Shown piece by piece: positions 54,335-63,240 of a DNA stretch of 64,000 nt; the first letter of the stretch is position 1, and each line of letters begins with the position of its first letter. The notes below the pieces were generated by a model. It was not told where the DNA came from, searched no databases, and saw only the letters and a list, made by a program, of their open reading frames with translations. The stretch is from Halieaceae bacterium. GTDB lineage: Bacteria > Pseudomonadota > Gammaproteobacteria > Pseudomonadales > Halieaceae. The position numbers were made by a program, and so were the translations under genes. The DNA lies in the NCBI GenBank assembly GCA_965237855.1, contig CBDEGK010000004.1, positions 179,305-243,304 of the forward strand, given 5' to 3'.

Positions 54335-55114
54335 ATGGCGCTTCCAAACACCATCGATTCATTGTGTCGGGACTTATCTGACATAGGACTCGGGTCCGGA
54401 ACGACAGTAATGGTTCATTCCTCGCTGGGTAAAGTTGGCTGGACGGTTGGTGGACCGGTATCAGTGATTCGTGCTCTTCTAGAAGTCGTCGGACCAGAGG
54501 GAACATTGGTCATGCCGGCGGCGTCTCCGAACGTATCTGACCCAAGCGGATGGAATGACAAACGGGTGAAGGCTGACTGGCATGGAACGATACGAGAGCA
54601 CCTTCCCGTGTTCGATCCGCTAACAACACCAACGACGATGGGCGTGATTCCAGAGGCATTTAGGGCGCTTCCCGGAACACTAAGGAGTAACCACCCAATG
54701 GTGTCGGTTTGCGCCAACGGCCCACTTGCAAGGCAAATCACGAAAGAACATTCGATGGAATTTTGCGAGGGTAAGGGGACGCCATTTGAGAAACTCTACC
54801 AGCTAGACGCGCATACGCTATTGCTAGGTGTAGGCTTCAACCGATGCACGTCTTTGCACTATGCAGAGTCGTTGGTGTCTACGCGACGAACGACAGTACA
54901 TAGATTCCCCCTGATGGAGAACGATGACCGAATCTGGGTGGAAGTCCCAGACATGGCAAGCGACGACGGTATTCATTTTCCAGTCGTTGGTGAACAGTTT
55001 GCTGCAACTGGTGCGGTTTGCGCTGGCCGTGTGGGGGAGGCAGATTCGATGCTATTTGCAACTCGACAGCTAGTCGATTTTGCCGAATTGTATTTCGCCC
55101 GAGTGCTCAGTTGA
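54335..55114 (+). CDS. aminoglycoside N(3)-acetyltransferase family protein, AAC(3)
   Basis: 259 aa. LGSGTTVMVHSSLGKVGWTVGGPVSVIRALLEVVGPEGTLVMPA and GFNRCTSLHYAES are typical of the AAC(3)/Antibiotic_NAT fold. Confidence 0.8.
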   Translation: MALPNTIDSLCRDLSDIGLGSGTTVMVHSSLGKVGWTVGGPVSVIRALLEVVGPEGTLVMPAASPNVSDPSGWNDKRVKADWHGTIREHLPVFDPLTTPTTMGVIPEAFRALPGTLRSNHPMVSVCANGPLARQITKEHSMEFCEGKGTPFEKLYQLDAHTLLLGVGFNRCTSLHYAESLVSTRRTTVHRFPLMENDDRIWVEVPDMASDDGIHFPVVGEQFAATGAVCAGRVGEADSMLFATRQLVDFAELYFARVLS

Positions 55115-55195
55115 CGGATGATATCTACAATCCGTAGCCGTATCTACTTGTGGCCGTATACAGAATTGGCATTTTTTTTCATGAACCTAATCAAC

Positions 55196-55285
55196 ACATA
55201 ACAAGGCAATGAATCGGACATCTTAAAGCATGCTTCCACTCCGCTACAGCAAGCATTGAAAATGCCGGTTATCGCGGCGTTATGC
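55196..55285 (+). other. attC recombination site (X3)
   Basis: The site reads ACATAAC-aag-GCAATGAATCGG...CCGGTTATCGC-ggc-GTTATGC. R'' is the exact complement of the cassette start GTTATGT at 54268. Confidence 0.65.
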
Positions 55286-55294
55286 GGTTGTGGC

Positions 55295-55869
55295 GAGCGT
55301 CCGCTCCTAGGTCATAGCTTCCCCGACGCTATCTAAAATAACATTTGTCTCGCGTAGGAAATCATTAGCACCAGCTGTACGCCAAACAATCCGCCACGCA
55401 GAATAACCATCGGCAACGCCGTAGATGTCATATGCACAACCGATTGACCCACCCTTGCGTACAACACAAACATCACCGTACCTTCCAGAATGGCCATTTG
55501 GTCAGACAGGCCTGCCGCTGCGACCAACGCCGTAAATACTGGCAGGGTTTCCAGACAATTGAGATGGGCTCGTGTAACGCGCCGGCCAAACCCAGGTAAA
55601 TCCTCACCATCAGGTGAGAACTGGTTGAGCGCAATTTTCGAACCTCCAAAAGAATTGGCGAATCTATTGACCACCATGATCAGGGTAACGACCAGTGTCC
55701 AAGCTGCAAAACCCGCTAATGCCGTAATTGCTTCGTTCATTATTGCTCTCCGCTTACTTTCAGCTATAGGGCAAGTATTGTTTACCTGATCTACTCCCAT
55801 GAAGCAACCAGCCACGGCAGATACATCATCTGGCGGCTATACTCCGGAAGCGGCCCTTCGGGGTCTGCT
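55295..55869 (+). repeat. bipartite array repeat, copy 9, whose two halves enclose the inverted MAPEG gene
   Basis: The 5' half GAGCGTCCGCTCCTAGGTCATAGCTTCC lies at 55295-55322. The 3' half GCTATACTCCGGAAGCGGCCCTTCGGGGTCTGCT lies at 55836-55869. Confidence 0.7.
55333..55740 (-). CDS. MAPEG family membrane protein
   Basis: 135 aa from ATG 55740 (MNEAITALAGFAAWTLVVTLIMVV...), 4 TM helices, with RAHLNCLETLPVF typical of MAPEG. It is the only minus-strand cassette ORF. Confidence 0.65.
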   Translation of the reverse strand: MNEAITALAGFAAWTLVVTLIMVVNRFANSFGGSKIALNQFSPDGEDLPGFGRRVTRAHLNCLETLPVFTALVAAAGLSDQMAILEGTVMFVLYARVGQSVVHMTSTALPMVILRGGLFGVQLVLMISYARQMLF

Positions 55870-55934
55870 TTGCTGAAGGGCAACTATTCACCTGCAGCAT
55901 GCGGCGAAGCGGCGCTGCTTAACGGGGTCACGTT

Positions 55935-56231
55935 ATGTTCAAGAAACGCAATCTGAGAAGACTCATCGACTCTTTCGGGACCGCGTTCTCTTCTGAACGC
56001 GTCGCTGATCTACAGTCGTATGTTAACCATGGTGAGTATGGATTGGCGATCGAGATATTGAGTGAAATGATCTATGAAGACGATATCGCAGTCGATGCAG
56101 AACAGGAGAAGGCTATTCTCAAGAGTTCTACCGACTTTGGCGTTGACCACGATTACCACGCGTTCATTGGCAGGAGACCGCCGTATCCAGACCTGAGAAC
56201 TCCTGAGCAGATTGCCGACGCTAGGAAATAG
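55935..56231 (+). CDS. small cytoplasmic protein, MafI-like immunity-protein pattern (tentative)
   Basis: 98 aa. YVNHGEYGLAIEILSEMIYEDDIAV resembles a polymorphic-toxin immunity family as I recall it. The ATG sits inside a GTTATGT core (55932-55938). Confidence 0.4.
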   Translation: MFKKRNLRRLIDSFGTAFSSERVADLQSYVNHGEYGLAIEILSEMIYEDDIAVDAEQEKAILKSSTDFGVDHDYHAFIGRRPPYPDLRTPEQIADARK

Positions 56232-56261
56232 CCTATTTTTTGGCAGGGAGAGTAGCCTTGG

Positions 56262-56361
56262 GAACGTCCGCTCCTAGGTCAAAGCAGACCTAGAGCCATA
56301 CACCAACCTCGCAGCCTGGCTAGGTCGGCTATACTCCGAAAGCGGACGTTCAAGGTCTGCT
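56262..56361 (+). repeat. bipartite array repeat, copy 10 (closest to consensus)
   Basis: GAACGTCCGCTCCTAGGTCAAAGCAGACC, a 37-nt spacer, then GCTATACTCCGAAAGCGGACGTTCAAGGTCTGCT. Confidence 0.9.
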
Positions 56362-56448
56362 ATGCTAAATGACAGACAGCGACTCGCTGGAAGCTTCAGC
56401 TCAGCTTACGGGTCATATTGGGTGGAATGACAGCATCGGGGTGGAAAT

Positions 56449-57195
56449 ATGGACGACGCACTATGTAGTACGGAAGATCACGATACATACGCTGTTGTGA
56501 GATTTCACCCTCGAAACAGTTTCTATACGGCAGATACCGAGGCGGTCTCTGAAATGTGGCAGTTATATGACGAGCTACAGATTGAGAGCAAGAAGGTCGT
56601 CCTGTTTAGGTCGCCGAGGGATTATTACGCTCCAAGGATGCTCGATGATTTCTGGAAAACCGCCAAGGCGGCGCCATCGATTCTGCAGTATGACGGACGC
56701 CGCATACCGCAGGTGGTTGCGTACGCCGATATTTCAATCAAGCGCTATCTCGCGTTCATGCATGCCATTCCTGCGATGACCATAAGCTCCATAGAAGGCG
56801 AAATGGATTTCGATTTGCTGGGTTTGTTTCTCACGGCGAGCTACAGGATATGTAGCAGTGATACGGTCTTTGTTAATCGAACCCTCCAGCGTCAACTTCC
56901 CCCAGGATGTGCCACTCCTTGGTTCCTGAGTAACTTACTGGGACCGGTCGTTGCGAAAAAACTGTATCTATCCAACGAGCGGCTAAACGCGGAAGAGGCC
57001 CTGGAGCTGGGTATCGTTGATCGCATAACGGAACCAGATGCATTGGAACGGGAGAGTCTTGAGGTCGTGCAGCAATTTTCCCAAGTTGAGGGAACTGCGC
57101 TCGCGTCACTTGTGCAAGCAATCACCTCATCCAATCACGATCTGGATACTTATCTATCTCAGGCGGGTGCGGGATTCGATCACCTGATTTCATAG
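56449..57195 (+). CDS. crotonase-fold (enoyl-CoA hydratase/isomerase-like) protein with degenerate oxyanion-hole motifs
   Basis: 248 aa. The overall pattern is ...SSIEGEMDFDLLGLFLTASYRICS...LSNERLNAEEALELGIVDRI..., and the usual Gly-rich loops are replaced. Confidence 0.5.
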   Translation: MDDALCSTEDHDTYAVVRFHPRNSFYTADTEAVSEMWQLYDELQIESKKVVLFRSPRDYYAPRMLDDFWKTAKAAPSILQYDGRRIPQVVAYADISIKRYLAFMHAIPAMTISSIEGEMDFDLLGLFLTASYRICSSDTVFVNRTLQRQLPPGCATPWFLSNLLGPVVAKKLYLSNERLNAEEALELGIVDRITEPDALERESLEVVQQFSQVEGTALASLVQAITSSNHDLDTYLSQAGAGFDHLIS

Positions 57196-57359
57196 TCGCC
57201 GGGGAGCCATAAAAATTGGAGCCCTAGTACTCGGGGCGGTTAATGCTCGTAAGGTTTTCTGATTGACAGGAGGTATCTCCCGGCGCTTCTCGCGCCAATT
57301 TTAAGGTGTCCATCAAACCGGAGCAAAACGACGAAGCTCCCATTCCTGATGTCCAATGC

Positions 57360-57445
57360 GAACGTCCGGTTCTAGGTCAAAGCAGACCCTGGGCTTGTGC
57401 TCGCAGTTGCAGCTATACTCCGAAAACGGACGTTCCCAGTCTGCT
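57360..57445 (+). repeat. bipartite array repeat, copy 11
   Basis: GAACGTCCGGTTCTAGGTCAAAGCAGACC, a 23-nt spacer, then GCTATACTCCGAAAACGGACGTTCCCAGTCTGCT. Confidence 0.85.
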
Positions 57446-57541
57446 ATGCTGAGGAAAATTATCGACTCATAACTACTGTCGGAGATATATCATTGTGCCG
57501 CGTTACAACACGGTGCTTTGCCACTGAATAAGTTGTTATGT
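57446..57541 (+). repeat. leader module, copy M11 (more diverged), ending in the core GTTATGT
   Basis: ATGCTGAGGAAAATTATCGACTCATAACTACTG...GCCACTGAATAAGTTG|TTATGT. The central palindrome is replaced by CCGCGTTACAACACGG. Confidence 0.7.
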
Positions 57542-57560
57542 GTCTAATTAGGAGTTCTGC

Positions 57561-58019
57561 ATGAACTGGGACGCAATAGGTGCTATTGGCGAGATATTAG
57601 GTGCTACCGCAGTCCTAATCACCTTGGTATATCTCGCAACTCAAGTGAGACGGTCCAATGAACTTGCCTATTTTAACGGGGCCAAGGAAATTATTAATCA
57701 GTTTAACGATCTCAATCGTCTAGTAGCTACAGATTCAACGCTCCGGCAGGTTTTGATGAAAACTGACGAGCTAACAGCCGAAGAGGTAGAGCAGATCTAC
57801 AACTTTGCAATGATGTTTTGTAATGTCTGGCTGTCAGCGCAGAGTGCCCATGACAATGGTCAGCTCGATACGAGTACATACCAAGCTTGTGCGCAGGATG
57901 TATCAATCGAACTTGCCCGATGGCCGAATTTTCGGCCCGCGCTGGAGCAATGGATTTCCAATTATCCACAACATGAAAGCCAGAAGATAATGCAACCTAT
58001 CGTGAGTGGAATGCATTGA
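57561..58019 (+). CDS. cassette ORF, family A, paralogue 3 (last ORF of the array)
   Basis: 152 aa starting MNWDAIGAIGEILGATAVLITLVYLATQVRR. AGGAG lies 8 nt upstream. Confidence 0.75.
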   Translation: MNWDAIGAIGEILGATAVLITLVYLATQVRRSNELAYFNGAKEIINQFNDLNRLVATDSTLRQVLMKTDELTAEEVEQIYNFAMMFCNVWLSAQSAHDNGQLDTSTYQACAQDVSIELARWPNFRPALEQWISNYPQHESQKIMQPIVSGMH

Positions 58020-58064
58020 AACCAGGCTCTCAGGATCAAATGCTAAAGACGCATACCTAGACAA

Positions 58065-58727
58065 CTAACGCCACTCGTCTTCAAAGGCCTCACCACAGCC
58101 CCGCAGTTCCCTGCCATCGAGGTTGAGTAGTACTCGATTGGAGAACACCTGACCCGACATGCTGTCCTGGCACCAGTCGGCATTGATCTCTATGCTGAGC
58201 TGGTGCTGTGCGTTCTGGGCCTGATAAATAGCAGTCTCAGCATCCAATGCGGGTTCCGGCGCATCAAACAGGTAGCGACTGCCGCCGTAATCGGCCACCA
58301 ATAGGATTTGCTGGCCAGCTTTGATTTCCAGGAACCAGCCGGGTTCCTGCCCCACTGCTCGAAACTGAACGCCGCGCCGGCGGGCGTCCTCCCAGGGTCC
58401 GCGCTGAACATTGAGCTGGCAGTTGCTATAGCTGCGATAGCCCAGGTCCAACACAGTTCCATCGTCCTTCAAATGAAGTACCGCGCCGCCGCCCTCATAC
58501 TTCGAACCGGATACAGATCGCACCTTTTCCATGACCAGACTATCCTCGGGCATATACAAGGTAATACCTTGCGAACTGTCGCGCGTAACAAATTCGAACT
58601 CGCCACACTCATAGACCCGGGTCGCGGCGATACTTTGCACCACTTTTTCTGCCGGCCGCGGCTGGTTAGAGCACGCAGACAACAGCAAAAGCGAGAGCCA
58701 GAACAGTCTGTTCATAATCCTATCCAT
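58065..58727 (-). CDS. lipoprotein, MliC-like N-terminal domain plus a second conserved domain
   Basis: The lipobox is LLLLSAC. The VYECGEFEFVT...GSKYEGGG pattern is MliC-like. 220 aa. Confidence 0.5.
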   Translation of the reverse strand: MDRIMNRLFWLSLLLLSACSNQPRPAEKVVQSIAATRVYECGEFEFVTRDSSQGITLYMPEDSLVMEKVRSVSGSKYEGGGAVLHLKDDGTVLDLGYRSYSNCQLNVQRGPWEDARRRGVQFRAVGQEPGWFLEIKAGQQILLVADYGGSRYLFDAPEPALDAETAIYQAQNAQHQLSIEINADWCQDSMSGQVFSNRVLLNLDGRELRGCGEAFEDEWR

Positions 58728-58735
58728 AGTCGAGT

Positions 58736-59851
58736 TCAGGCCAGGGGCGCCACGGAACTGAGTATCAGGCGCACCAGCAAACTCTGCCGGGTAACGCCGG
58801 TTTTGGAAAACAAGGCACGCAAATGCGTGCGGGTGGTATTACGGCTAACCGTCAACTCCGTCGACGCCTCATCCAGATTTAGTCCCTGGGCCAACATCAT
58901 CGCCAGCCTGGCCTCGGTTGGGGTAAAACCGAATAGACGGGTTATGACGTCCACGGGCGTTTCCGACACACGCTCGGGATCGCTGATAAACACCACCACG
59001 CTGGGCATTGCTTGCCCTTCCACCGCGCTGGTTTCCGGCACCTTGCGAATCACCAGGCCCAGGTCAGCCCGCTGGCTACTGCGAGGTACACGCAGTGCTT
59101 CAACCGCCACCGCGTCCCGGTCAATGGCTGGCCGCAAGGCTGCCTCAATCATAGTCTGCAATTCCCGGTTGGCTTCACGGCTGGTCAATTGCAACGATGG
59201 CCCTTGCATGCCAATGCCATCCGCTTCGGCCAACAATTCCTCCGCCCGCTTATTGCGAGACAGTACCCGGCCGCTCTCGTCCAGTATGATGGCAGCCACT
59301 GCCAGTTGATCGATGGCGCCGGCGTAGAGAGCCCGCTCTTTCTCGCTACGATGCAAGCGTGAATGCAGGCGAATAGCTCTCGCCAGGTGCGGCAACAAGG
59401 CCTGCACCAGGTTTTTTTCGCGCTTGCCAAATTTTTTTGCACCCTGGTAGCGGCCAACCCGAAAGCGCGCATCCATCTCACTGCCATCTCGTAGATCGGC
59501 GCCGAGAAAATCGTACCAACGCTGCGGCTCCATAACCACTTTATAGAAATCGCTGGCCAGCAGGGCCTCGGTAGTCATAAATTCGTGCAGACTGATGACT
59601 TCGCCGCTCTCGAGGTTCACGAAGGGATCCAGGGCGAACTGTTCCTCGTTATAACTCTCAATGGCCGTCAGCGAACCGCCGTCGCTCAACATCACGTTGT
59701 GACCTTCGCTGCGCGGTGGCCGCAGCAACAGGGTTACGGTATGGGCACCCAACTGCTCGCGGATTTCCGCCAGGAATGACTGCCAGGGTGACGCTTCCAG
59801 CGGTCCCTCATAGATCAACCCCAGCAGCTCACTGAAGCCGTCAGCCTTCAC
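58736..59851 (-). CDS. LuxR-family transcriptional regulator (C-terminal HTH, N-terminal sensory domain)
   Basis: The C-terminus is TPTEARLAMMLAQGLNLDEASTELTVSRNTTRTHLRALFSKTGV. GTG start. Confidence 0.8.
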   Translation of the reverse strand: MKADGFSELLGLIYEGPLEASPWQSFLAEIREQLGAHTVTLLLRPPRSEGHNVMLSDGGSLTAIESYNEEQFALDPFVNLESGEVISLHEFMTTEALLASDFYKVVMEPQRWYDFLGADLRDGSEMDARFRVGRYQGAKKFGKREKNLVQALLPHLARAIRLHSRLHRSEKERALYAGAIDQLAVAAIILDESGRVLSRNKRAEELLAEADGIGMQGPSLQLTSREANRELQTMIEAALRPAIDRDAVAVEALRVPRSSQRADLGLVIRKVPETSAVEGQAMPSVVVFISDPERVSETPVDVITRLFGFTPTEARLAMMLAQGLNLDEASTELTVSRNTTRTHLRALFSKTGVTRQSLLVRLILSSVAPLA

Positions 59852-60287
59852 GTTCGCTGTGTATCAATAAGTTGGGAATCCAGTTCACGGCCCGACGCTG
59901 CAAACGATCCCCTACTACTTCGCCCTCGTAATCCACGTCGCTGAAGTTCTGCAATTCCGAAAAACTCGCCAGCGCAGGAGCATAGACCAGGGCATAGTTA
60001 CCACCGTCGACTTCGGTCTTAACAAACACCTGCGCATTACACACAGCGCAGTGCATAAAGTCCGCGGTATTGGTACCAAAGCGGTGCGCGTACAGATAGC
60101 GACTGTCCTTTAGGTGTATGTGCAGCTCAGAATCCACCAGCGACAGGTAGGTGGCCCGGCGCGGCTTACAAAACTCACACTGGCAAGCTCGCGCGATTTG
60201 CTCGGGCAGGGCCAGTTGACAATGGTACTCAAAACGCACTGCACCACAGTCGCAGGCGCCTTCATGGACATGGGAATAGTCAGTCAT
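59841..60287 (-). CDS. GFA (glutathione-dependent formaldehyde-activating/CENP-V) family protein
   Basis: 148 aa with the Cys pattern CDCGAVRF...CQCEFC...CAVC. Confidence 0.65.
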   Translation of the reverse strand: MTDYSHVHEGACDCGAVRFEYHCQLALPEQIARACQCEFCKPRRATYLSLVDSELHIHLKDSRYLYAHRFGTNTADFMHCAVCNAQVFVKTEVDGGNYALVYAPALASFSELQNFSDVDYEGEVVGDRLQRRAVNWIPNLLIHSEREG

Positions 60288-61146
60288 TAGCTAAGGCTCT
60301 CACATTTCTCAGACGGCGCAAACTATCCGCTGCCACGATCCCCAGGCCCAGCCAGACCAGGGAGAAGCTGAACAACTGAACCGGGTTCATGGGTTCGCCA
60401 AAGATGCATATGGCGACAAACAACTGGCAACTAGGACCCAGGTAGAAAACCAGGCCCAGGGCGGACAAGGCCGTCAATCGAGAGGCCGCCACATAACAAA
60501 CAAGCGGCACTACCGAGACAATGCCAGCGCCCACCAGGAACAGGTCCACCTTTACCCCGAACTGACCTAAGCCGGCGCCCTGTTGCAGCCAGAACCAGGC
60601 CAGCGCAAACGGCAGCATCAACAGGACTTCGACGAACAAACCCTCAACTGCCTCGACCGATACTGCCTTGCGGATGGCCGCATAAAAGCCAAAGCTGATC
60701 GCAACACCCAGTGCCACCCAGGGCAGGCCCTTATTCTCGATAATCAAGATAGCCATGCCGACCGAGGCCAGGGCGATGGCAATGAGTTGGGCTTTGTCCA
60801 GCTTCTCACCGAATACACCCAGACCAATGGCCACATTGATCAGCGGCAGTAGAAAGTAGCCGAGGCTGGCCTGGGTCGCCTGCTCGTGCGTAACCGCCCA
60901 CAGAAAAATTCCCCAATTAGTCATCTGCATCAGCGCCGAACATAATAGTATGGCCACGGTGCGCGGGTTTTTGAACAGCGCCAGGGCGGCCTTCAGGTGA
61001 CCGAGAAAGAGCAGGCAGATGACCAGTACCGGGAATGACCAGACCACGCGATGTGCCACCAGGTCCTGGGCTGACACCGGTTTCGTCTCTACCCAGTACA
61101 GGGCCATAAAGCCCCAGATAAGATAGGCGATGGTGGCCAGCAACAT
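60280..61146 (-). CDS. rarD: EamA/RarD family transporter
   Basis: 288 aa from ATG 61146 (MLLATIAYLIWGFMALYW...), 10 TM helices. The upstream 185 codons of the track ORF overlap the TSUP gene and are rejected. Confidence 0.8.
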   Translation of the reverse strand: MLLATIAYLIWGFMALYWVETKPVSAQDLVAHRVVWSFPVLVICLLFLGHLKAALALFKNPRTVAILLCSALMQMTNWGIFLWAVTHEQATQASLGYFLLPLINVAIGLGVFGEKLDKAQLIAIALASVGMAILIIENKGLPWVALGVAISFGFYAAIRKAVSVEAVEGLFVEVLLMLPFALAWFWLQQGAGLGQFGVKVDLFLVGAGIVSVVPLVCYVAASRLTALSALGLVFYLGPSCQLFVAICIFGEPMNPVQLFSFSLVWLGLGIVAADSLRRLRNVRALAND

Positions 61147-61154
61147 ACCCCGGT

Positions 61155-61880
61155 TCACGCCATGCCTCCGAGCACCGTCATTACGATCATGCGCACGGCC
61201 AGCAGGCTTACCATCAGTTTGAACCAGAGTTGGAAGTTGCCCTCTGGGATATATTGGCGCAATTGTGTTCCCAGCCAGGAACCTGCGATAACACCCACGA
61301 TCATACCCAGTATTAGCCACAGGTAATCTACGAAGGCGAAACCCATGATGCCGAAAACCATGATTCTCAACAGGTGGTTGCAGCTCATGTAGGTTGCCGT
61401 ATTCACCACCAACCAATCTCGCTGTTGTTTGCGCTGCGCCAACACTGCCGCACCCAATGGACCGGTCGCGCCCATCAGCATACCGAGCCCGGTCTGGTAA
61501 AATCCCAGTAGAACCAGGGCCCAATTGCCTGCGCCATGCACACCGGGCAGGGGAACCCAGGTGATTGCCAGGATGAAGACTCCTATGAATGCCGGCAGCC
61601 AATCCAGCTGCAGGTTCTGATAGATCTGCCCTCCTAACAGGGCACCGAGCAGCGCGCCGGTGGCGAAGGGGAAGATCAGGCTCGCGTCGATATGGCGCCA
61701 ACCAAACACGGCCCGGGAACTATTGCTGGCCAACTGGGTTACCCCGTGAATGGGGATAATGGCGCCCACCGGCACCAGTCCGGGCATCAGCGTGATCAGG
61801 AGTACGCCACCGCCCATACCGAATACACCCGCCACGACCGAGGTGACAAGTGCAATCAATATAAGCCAGTATTCAGACAT
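61155..61880 (-). CDS. TSUP (TauE/SafE) family anion exporter
   Basis: 241 aa polytopic protein with the MGGGVLLITLM motif. Confidence 0.75.
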   Translation of the reverse strand: MSEYWLILIALVTSVVAGVFGMGGGVLLITLMPGLVPVGAIIPIHGVTQLASNSSRAVFGWRHIDASLIFPFATGALLGALLGGQIYQNLQLDWLPAFIGVFILAITWVPLPGVHGAGNWALVLLGFYQTGLGMLMGATGPLGAAVLAQRKQQRDWLVVNTATYMSCNHLLRIMVFGIMGFAFVDYLWLILGMIVGVIAGSWLGTQLRQYIPEGNFQLWFKLMVSLLAVRMIVMTVLGGMA

Positions 61881-61922
61881 AGGCGTGCATCATACGCTAT
61901 CAACCTGTACAAGGAGAGCAAC

Positions 61923-62810
61923 ATGGTCGTGGGGCAACTCGCTGAGATCTGGCAATACCCACTGAAGAGCGCTGGCGGCATGTTACTGGAGCAGGCCACG
62001 ATTACCCAGGCCGGTATTGCCGGTGACCGTTGCTGGGCCGTCCTCGACGCCGAACTCAATGAGATTCGCAGTGCCAAACGCTGGCCTGAACTGCTCAATC
62101 TCAGTGCCACCCTGTCGGCACAACCCGATGCAGGGGCGCCAATTTACGAAGATGCAGTGCCGAGCGCCACTGTGACCTTACCCAATGGCGACAGCTTCAG
62201 CACGCGTGACCCACAGGCTGATCAGCGTCTATCAGACTTCCTCGGCAAACCTGCTCGGCTGGCTCCGCTGGCCCCGCCTTCAAGGACGGCTCATTACAAG
62301 ATGGCGAAGGCGCGAACAGAGAAGGATTTTGTCGCAGAAATGGGCTTACTCGAAGGCGAGAGCTTCCCGGATTTCTCAGCTGCACCCGAAGAGCTGCTGG
62401 TGCAGCTGGCAGAGCACGTGACCCCGGTAGGCACCTATTTTGACGCCTTCCCACTGCACCTGGTAACCACCCAGTCTCTCGACTATCTCAGCGAGCGGGG
62501 CCAGGTGGATGCCGCATTCCCACGTTTCCGGGCAAACCTGCTGGTACAGGCAAGCGCGGGCAGCACGGAGTTACCGGAAAATAGCTGGGTCGGAAAACGC
62601 CTGCAGATTGGAAATGCCATTGTTGCCGTCAACAGCCGCACCGTGCGCTGCAGCATGCCTTCGCGCGAGCAATCTCCCCATGGCCTGGCGGCGATCAAAG
62701 GTATGGCCAGGGCAATGGTTGATCATGTCGATCGGCAGCTGGGAGTTAACCTGCTGATTGAACAAGCCGGCCAATGTAAGCCGGGCGATGACATTATTTT
62801 ATTAGACTGA
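61923..62810 (+). CDS. MOSC domain-containing protein (YcbX-like)
   Basis: Start at ATG 61923 (MVVGQLAEIWQYPLKSAGG). The conserved Cys context is RTVRCSMP. Confidence 0.75.
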   Translation: MVVGQLAEIWQYPLKSAGGMLLEQATITQAGIAGDRCWAVLDAELNEIRSAKRWPELLNLSATLSAQPDAGAPIYEDAVPSATVTLPNGDSFSTRDPQADQRLSDFLGKPARLAPLAPPSRTAHYKMAKARTEKDFVAEMGLLEGESFPDFSAAPEELLVQLAEHVTPVGTYFDAFPLHLVTTQSLDYLSERGQVDAAFPRFRANLLVQASAGSTELPENSWVGKRLQIGNAIVAVNSRTVRCSMPSREQSPHGLAAIKGMARAMVDHVDRQLGVNLLIEQAGQCKPGDDIILLD

Positions 62811-62820
62811 GGAGCACTAC

Positions 62821-63225
62821 ATGAGCATTGAACACATTAATCCCGATGGACTGTTTGAACTACCGGGCTTTTCCCAGATTGTAAAAAGCAACGGCGGCAG
62901 CAGGATCTACGTCGCCGGCCAGGGTGCTTTCGACAAAAACATGACGCTGATCGGTGCGGGGGATTATCGGGCCCAGGCCTGCCAGGCGTTCAACAACCTG
63001 GCGGTCGCCTTGGAGGCAGCCGGCGCCGCGGCAACCGATATTGTCAGCACGGTGATGTACGTGGTTGACCTGGATGCCGACGCCACCCAGGCATTTATTG
63101 CGGGCATGAACGAGGCACTGGATGGCCAGGGTTTTCCACCTCACGCCTCGAGCCTGATCGGTGTCAAAGGGTTGGCGATGGAGGGCATGCTGGTAGAAAT
63201 CAGCGGCGTAGCGGAAATCGACTAA
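62821..63225 (+). CDS. RidA/YjgF family protein
   Basis: 134 aa with the YVAGQGAF...VEISGVA pattern. Confidence 0.75.
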   Translation: MSIEHINPDGLFELPGFSQIVKSNGGSRIYVAGQGAFDKNMTLIGAGDYRAQACQAFNNLAVALEAAGAAATDIVSTVMYVVDLDADATQAFIAGMNEALDGQGFPPHASSLIGVKGLAMEGMLVEISGVAEID

Positions 63226-63240
63226 GGCGCCAGCCGCATA

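Noticed and set aside
56258-57438. Treating the bipartite repeat as an attC with AAC/GTT boxes. The left flank TGGGAAC of copy 10 is the exact complement of GTTCCCA (57432-57438) of copy 11.
   Set aside because: Only 3 of the 7 positions are free once the conserved GAAC/GTTC is discounted. The match is in the wrong direction for cassette logic. No other pair of copies shows it, so it is likely chance.
61147-61701. N-terminal 185 codons of the 473-aa ORF 60280-61701
   Set aside because: It overlaps the TSUP transporter gene in another frame and is Arg/Gly-rich. The RarD sequence starts at ATG 61146, just after the TSUP stop.
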